A stretch of DNA of 64,000 nt, from positions 1,440,001 to 1,504,000 of the forward strand of contig OY730476.1 of NCBI GenBank assembly GCA_963422735.1, in the 5' to 3' direction. The translations under genes and the position numbers were made by a program. Below the pieces are notes generated by a model, which was given only the letters and a program-made list of their open reading frames with translations, made no database searches and was not told the origin of the DNA. Below, one piece after another: positions 59,355-64,000 of the stretch (positions are counted from its first letter, which is position 1; every line of letters begins with the position of its first letter). The DNA is from Candidatus Latescibacterota bacterium. GTDB taxonomy: Bacteria; Latescibacterota; UBA2968; UBA8231.

Positions 59355-60407
59355 ATGAACGTCGCCGTCCTGCTTTCTGGTGGGGTCGATAGCTCGTCGG
59401 CCCTTGCGCTGCTCCGGCGCGAAAAGCGGCTTGCCCTCAAAGCCTACTACCTCAAGATCTGGCTGGAGGATGAACTGTTTTCGCTCGGCGACTGCCCGTG
59501 GGAAACGGATTTGTCCTACGCCCGCGCCACCTGCGAGCAGCTCGGGGTGCCGCTCGAGGTCGTGCCGCTACAAAGCGAATATCGCGCCCACATCGTCGAG
59601 CACGCGTTGGCCGAACTGCGCTTGGGGCGTACGCCTAGCCCAGATATCTGGTGCAACCAGCGCGTCAAGTTCGGAGCCTTTTATCAGCGGGTGGCCGGCG
59701 AATGCGACCAAATTGCCTCTGGGCACTACGCCCGTGTCGAGGAAGATGCGGGTGGCTATCGGCTCCGGCGCGCTGCCGATCCGGTCAAGGACCAGACCTA
59801 TTTCCTCTCCAATCTGAGCCAAGCGCAACTCGCTCGGCTCAGATTGCCCATCGGCCATCTGCACAAGCACCAAGTGCGCACACTCGCCGCGGAATTCGAC
59901 CTGCCGGCCAAGGACCGCCCCGACAGCCAAGGCATCTGCTTCTTGGGCAAGATCAACTACCGGGACTTCGTCCGCTTCCACTTGGGAGAGGCCCGGGGCG
60001 ACATCGTCGAGCAGGCGAGCGGGCAAAAGAAGGGCGAGCACCCCGGCTATTGGTTCTACACCACTGGCCAGCGGCACGGCCTGCAACTCGGTGGCGGCCC
60101 TTGGTATGTTACAGACAAAGACGTCGCCAACAACATCGTGTACATTGCCCACGGCAGCGCGCCGACACGAGCCGGACGCCGCGAACTGATCGCCGAACAA
60201 ATCCATTGGATCGCTGGCGCACCAGCGCAAGGCGCACTCCACGTCAAGCTGCGGCATGGGCCAGCCCGGACCCTCTGTCAGGTGCAGATGCTCGCGCCGG
60301 ATCGCGCCCACGTCGCCTTATCTACGCCCGACCCCGGCATTGCTCCGGGCCAACACGCGGTATTCTACGACGGTGACGTTTGCCTCGGCGGCGGCGTCAT
60401 TGCCTAG
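59355..60407 (+). CDS. mnmA: tRNA 2-thiouridylase
   Basis: SGGVDSS, PSPDIWCNQRVKF, SGHYA, KDQTYFL, DSQGICF, PGQHAVFY. Confidence 0.96.
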   Translation: MNVAVLLSGGVDSSSALALLRREKRLALKAYYLKIWLEDELFSLGDCPWETDLSYARATCEQLGVPLEVVPLQSEYRAHIVEHALAELRLGRTPSPDIWCNQRVKFGAFYQRVAGECDQIASGHYARVEEDAGGYRLRRAADPVKDQTYFLSNLSQAQLARLRLPIGHLHKHQVRTLAAEFDLPAKDRPDSQGICFLGKINYRDFVRFHLGEARGDIVEQASGQKKGEHPGYWFYTTGQRHGLQLGGGPWYVTDKDVANNIVYIAHGSAPTRAGRRELIAEQIHWIAGAPAQGALHVKLRHGPARTLCQVQMLAPDRAHVALSTPDPGIAPGQHAVFYDGDVCLGGGVIA

Positions 60408-60696
60408 CAACCGTACGTGCGTCCTCCCGCATTTAGCACATCATTATTTTCTTAATGCACACCCGATCGTAGCGTATCCCTCTACATCATCTAGCAGAAT
60501 TATTGGTGCGGCACTAAATGGTTCGACTATTCCTGCACCAAGCTGCGGATTGCGCTCAACAGCGGAAAGGCATATCAGCATATAAAATCGATTTTTTCCA
60601 AGACAGTTTTTCTCCACTGGCGGTGTGGTTTCTGCGGCCGCGTTATACCTTCGGTGACCATCGCGGGAGGTTGAGGGTGCTGGTCGTTAGGGAGAA

Positions 60697-61029
60697 ATGG
60701 CACTCAGAATTATCGTTGGCCTGATTGCTCTTGTGGCCATCATTCAGGGCTTGGCAGGCAACCCAATCGCAGGGGGCATTCTGACGTTCGCGCTAGTCGT
60801 TCTGGGCCTAGTGTACGGGGCAACGGCTCTTGATGCCGAGGACGCGACAGCCTACTTGGCGGTCACAATTGCAGTCGGCGCTGCCGCAAGTGCGAACGGG
60901 CTGGATCAGGACCTGCTCGACATACTTGGCGATCGCCTAGACTCCATCGTCGATCAGGCCAGCATCGCTCTATACGCTGGCGTCATAACCATACTCATCA
61001 GGAGGATGATCAACCGGCTCAAGGGTTAA
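60697..61029 (+). CDS. Small hypothetical membrane protein
   Basis: GGGAG RBS; 110 aa with about 4 hydrophobic segments. Confidence 0.7.
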   Translation: MALRIIVGLIALVAIIQGLAGNPIAGGILTFALVVLGLVYGATALDAEDATAYLAVTIAVGAAASANGLDQDLLDILGDRLDSIVDQASIALYAGVITILIRRMINRLKG

Positions 61030-61163
61030 CAATGACCGGCGGATGAGCGGCTGCAAGCGCAAGTCCTCCGCGATATCCGACGCACGTTGCATCTGCGCGA
61101 GTAGGTGCAACACGGTATGGCTTGGTGTCTGTACATATAGAGATGGCACTCCTGTCTCGTCGT

Positions 61164-62138
61164 CTAGGCGATTGCTCGACATCGCAGACGACGATCATCC
61201 ACATCCTTTGCCACCTCAACCATCACTTTAAGCGCCTCTTGCGAGCTCGCCTCGTGCTCATCGGGCTTCTGTTTCAGCCCCCACGATGAACCCATGATCT
61301 TGTCACAGAAGGCACCCGCAAACATCCGCTCCTCATTTTCCCCCAATACATCGCTGAAAACCGTCACTGCCTCACGCAAGATCTCCCGCTTCTCTGCAGC
61401 GGTTTGTCCGAAGCCCATCGCGTTGTTGATGAACCGGCCGACGTCCAGACACGAGGCACCGATGACGCCCTTAGGATCTATCGCCAGCCAGCCGCGGTCT
61501 GCGTCAGACAGGATGTTCCAGTGATGGAGGTCGCCGTGCAGCAGCATTTGGGGCTCATCCGGCTCCATCAGGATTCCCATCATGGACTCTACGCGCGGAA
61601 TCTGCTCGATATAGCCTCTTGCTCTCTCGGGATCCTTGCAGCTTCTGGCGTCCTCAAACGCACCTTGCATCCAATCCATAAAGTGCGGCAGGGTGTGGTT
61701 CGACGGCGGCAGGGTCGCGTGTAAATCCTCGAGGATACGCGCCGTAATCTCACTTTGCTCGCGTGCGTTCTCAACGGAATATAGCATCTTGCCAGGACGC
61801 AGTCGTTCGAGCAACATGGCGTTGAGCGCTTTGTCGCAGTCGATGAGCCGGTTGATCCCACGGCCTTCATAGATCGCCAACGCTTCTATCTCTGCGCTGA
61901 AATCGTCGTGCGGGACGCCCACCTTGAGCACGGCCTTTTCTCCATTGCCCATCTCGACATAGGCGATATAGTTGACCTTGATCTCCTCGGTCGGTGAGCC
62001 GAGTATCAGGCTCCACTTATCGCAGCATCGCCCGAGAATGGACGGCAGTTCCCCAAGCCATGCTTCGCCTTCTTTGCCAAATTCTCTGGTCGCGTATCTC
62101 AGGAATCGCTCGGGAAACTTCAGTGCGTCAATCGGCAT
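61164..62138 (-). CDS. APH(6)-like aminoglycoside/hydroxyurea resistance kinase family protein
   Basis: AVLKV, MLLERL.PG, LLHGDLHHWNIL, WLAIDPKG. Confidence 0.85.
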   Translation of the reverse strand: MPIDALKFPERFLRYATREFGKEGEAWLGELPSILGRCCDKWSLILGSPTEEIKVNYIAYVEMGNGEKAVLKVGVPHDDFSAEIEALAIYEGRGINRLIDCDKALNAMLLERLRPGKMLYSVENAREQSEITARILEDLHATLPPSNHTLPHFMDWMQGAFEDARSCKDPERARGYIEQIPRVESMMGILMEPDEPQMLLHGDLHHWNILSDADRGWLAIDPKGVIGASCLDVGRFINNAMGFGQTAAEKREILREAVTVFSDVLGENEERMFAGAFCDKIMGSSWGLKQKPDEHEASSQEALKVMVEVAKDVDDRRLRCRAIA

Positions 62139-62170
62139 CTGCCGCTCTCTTGCTCAAATCGCTCAACGCG

Positions 62171-63034
62171 CTACTTGAGGAACATCTCTCCGGTGAAGGG
62201 CAGAGGCTCAGCTGGGCGCTCGTAGCGAATCTGTTGGGGCGTCTTTTCGAGCGCGGCGGCCCACTGGTCGCGCCAGCCTTCATAGGAGGTCTCCGAGGCG
62301 GGGTCGCGCCGGCTGCGGGCGATGAGACTGGGCCATTCTGGTCGCGGGGAAGGCTCACCCGTTTTCTGGTAGCGCAGATCCATGCTCCAGCGCACGGCGT
62401 TGGTGTTGTTGGGTCCTGAGCCGTGGGGAGTTAGTTTGTGTACGAACAGAACGTCCCCCTTCTGCATGGGCAGACTAATCCGCTCGGTCTGGGGTATATC
62501 CTGCCCATACGACCAATAAACCATGCGCTGCTGATGGACTCGGGGTTGGACCTGCAAGCAGCCGTTCTCTTCGGTCGCCTCGACCAAGGGGATCCAGACG
62601 GTCACCTGTAGGATGCTTTGTGCTTGTTGGGTGGTGAACACGGCATCCTGATGAAAGACGACATCTGTCGCGGGTAGCTTTGGCCGGACGTGTGACACGG
62701 CATTGCAGGTAATTTCTGGACCGACGAAAGGCTCAATCAGATCGACGAGGTTCTGGTTGCGCAAAAACTCAAAGGTGCCGCGCCGGCGGGTTTCCCCTAT
62801 GTCGGGGCAGCCATCAACTTCGTCGCACTCTTCTGCGAGGCAGGCCAAGCGCCGCGCAAAAGGCTCGTTTTCGTAGAGGTTGGCGATCTTGCCTTGGCCG
62901 TGTAGATCGCGGGCGATTTGATCGACGATGATATTGTGATCCTCGATGAGCGGCGCGAGATCGTCGTCGGTAAGCCCTCCTTTGATAATGACGTACCCTT
63001 CTTCCGCGAAAAAGTCGAGTTGTTGGCCTTTCAC
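62171..63034 (-). CDS. PhyH family dioxygenase
   Basis: GTG with AAGGAG RBS; FAEEGYVII, FHQD, TVWIPL..ATEENGCL, GDVLFVHKLTPHGSGPN, RWSMDLRY. Confidence 0.9.
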   Translation of the reverse strand: MKGQQLDFFAEEGYVIIKGGLTDDDLAPLIEDHNIIVDQIARDLHGQGKIANLYENEPFARRLACLAEECDEVDGCPDIGETRRRGTFEFLRNQNLVDLIEPFVGPEITCNAVSHVRPKLPATDVVFHQDAVFTTQQAQSILQVTVWIPLVEATEENGCLQVQPRVHQQRMVYWSYGQDIPQTERISLPMQKGDVLFVHKLTPHGSGPNNTNAVRWSMDLRYQKTGEPSPRPEWPSLIARSRRDPASETSYEGWRDQWAAALEKTPQQIRYERPAEPLPFTGEMFLK

Positions 63035-63209
63035 TATGGGTCTCCTTCTGCTCAAATCAGCTTAAGTTTTCTTCCTTGCCTCCAAGTCCTTTATAACGAC
63101 TCGACCGACGGGAAGCAAGGCCCCTCGGCCCGTTTCACCTAGACTTGTAAGGGGCTTGGATTGCCTCTACAATAAAAGGCTGCACTCACTCTCAAACAAA
63201 GACTATAGC

Positions 63210-64000
63210 ATGTTGGTGCTGATTTTCCTAGCGCTGCTCGGCTCGATCTACGGCTATTCGGGCTGGCGGCTCATCCCCTATCTCCCTCCGTCCGCACAGA
63301 TCGGTGCCACACTGGCGCTGGTGTTCCTACTATTGATGCCCTTGTTGCTCTTTCGCCTGCGCTCCCGTCCGCATCTGGTCTGGCTGACGGATCCCCTCGC
63401 CTGGGTGGCCTATCTCGGCATGGGCTTTTTCACCGTCTGCTCGACTCTGCTGCTCCTGCGCGATATAGGGGGACTGCCACTGGGCCTAGTCTATCCTATC
63501 GACGCAGGGCTCAATGCCAGCATCGACTTGGCGACCTTTGTCCTGACTCTGATTGTGGCGGCCTATGGCTACTACCAAGCGCGCCGTACGCCCGCGGTTC
63601 GCCGGGTCGATGTCCCTATCGCGGATCTTCCGCCCGCGCTAGTTGGGCTGCGCATCGTCCAGATCAGCGATCTCCACGTCGGGCCGACCATCAAGGCCCC
63701 TTTTGTGGAGCGCGTTGTCGCCCGTGTCAACCAATTGCAACCCGACCTAATCGCCTTCACCGGCGACCTCGCCGACGGAGCTGTCGAACAGCTCGCCCCC
63801 CACACGACCGCCCTAGCCGAACTCACCGCGCCACTAGGAGTCTATTTCTGCACCGGCAACCACGAATACTACTCGGGCGTGGAGAGCTGGACCGAACAAG
63901 CGCGCTGCCTCGGCTTCGACGTCCTGCTCAACGAGGGACGCCTGATCGACTGCGGCGGCGGGCGGATCGCCTTAGCCGGCGCGACCGACTTCAGCGCCGG
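63210..64000 (+). CDS. Membrane-anchored metallophosphoesterase (YkuE-like), runs off window
   Basis: N-terminal TM helices; QISDLHVG, FTGDLADG, TGNHEYYSG read manually. Confidence 0.9.
   Translation, partial: MLVLIFLALLGSIYGYSGWRLIPYLPPSAQIGATLALVFLLLMPLLLFRLRSRPHLVWLTDPLAWVAYLGMGFFTVCSTLLLLRDIGGLPLGLVYPIDAGLNASIDLATFVLTLIVAAYGYYQARRTPAVRRVDVPIADLPPALVGLRIVQISDLHVGPTIKAPFVERVVARVNQLQPDLIAFTGDLADGAVEQLAPHTTALAELTAPLGVYFCTGNHEYYSGVESWTEQARCLGFDVLLNEGRLIDCGGGRIALAGATDFSA

Overview
This is a GC-rich bacterial chromosomal window. Several features suggest Ca. Latescibacterota or a Poribacteria-like, possibly sponge-associated lineage; this is inference. They include three phytanoyl-CoA dioxygenase paralogs, a C-terminal WGxIK motif protein, a FlgD-Ig/dockerin/FGE surface protein, a DUF6785-like membrane protein and a class I LysRS. 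Housekeeping and catabolic genes (infA, lysS, comEC, pckA, ahcY, mnmA, E1/E2 dehydrogenase subunits, nagB-II, ferritin, sugar-acid genes) alternate with short spacers full of decayed mobile and defence DNA: IS701, IS982 and IS200 fragments, plus Mrr, GIY-YIG, Uma2 and three toxin-antitoxin remnants. There are two highlights. (1) A bacterial microcompartment (BMC) operon at 20975-29671 has DHDPS-family class I aldolase-like enzymes as its apparent signature enzymes. It encodes a shell protein with FOUR tandem BMC domains whose gene overlaps a divergent two-domain shell gene (possible 4+2 asymmetric pseudohexamer), plus a Cys-rich adaptor-like protein. (2) A 289-bp miniature inverted-repeat element (13-bp TIRs, 8-bp TSD) carries telomere-like heptamer arrays. 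It occurs twice, each time inside a nuclease gene. No rRNA, tRNA, CRISPR array or reverse transcriptase was seen.
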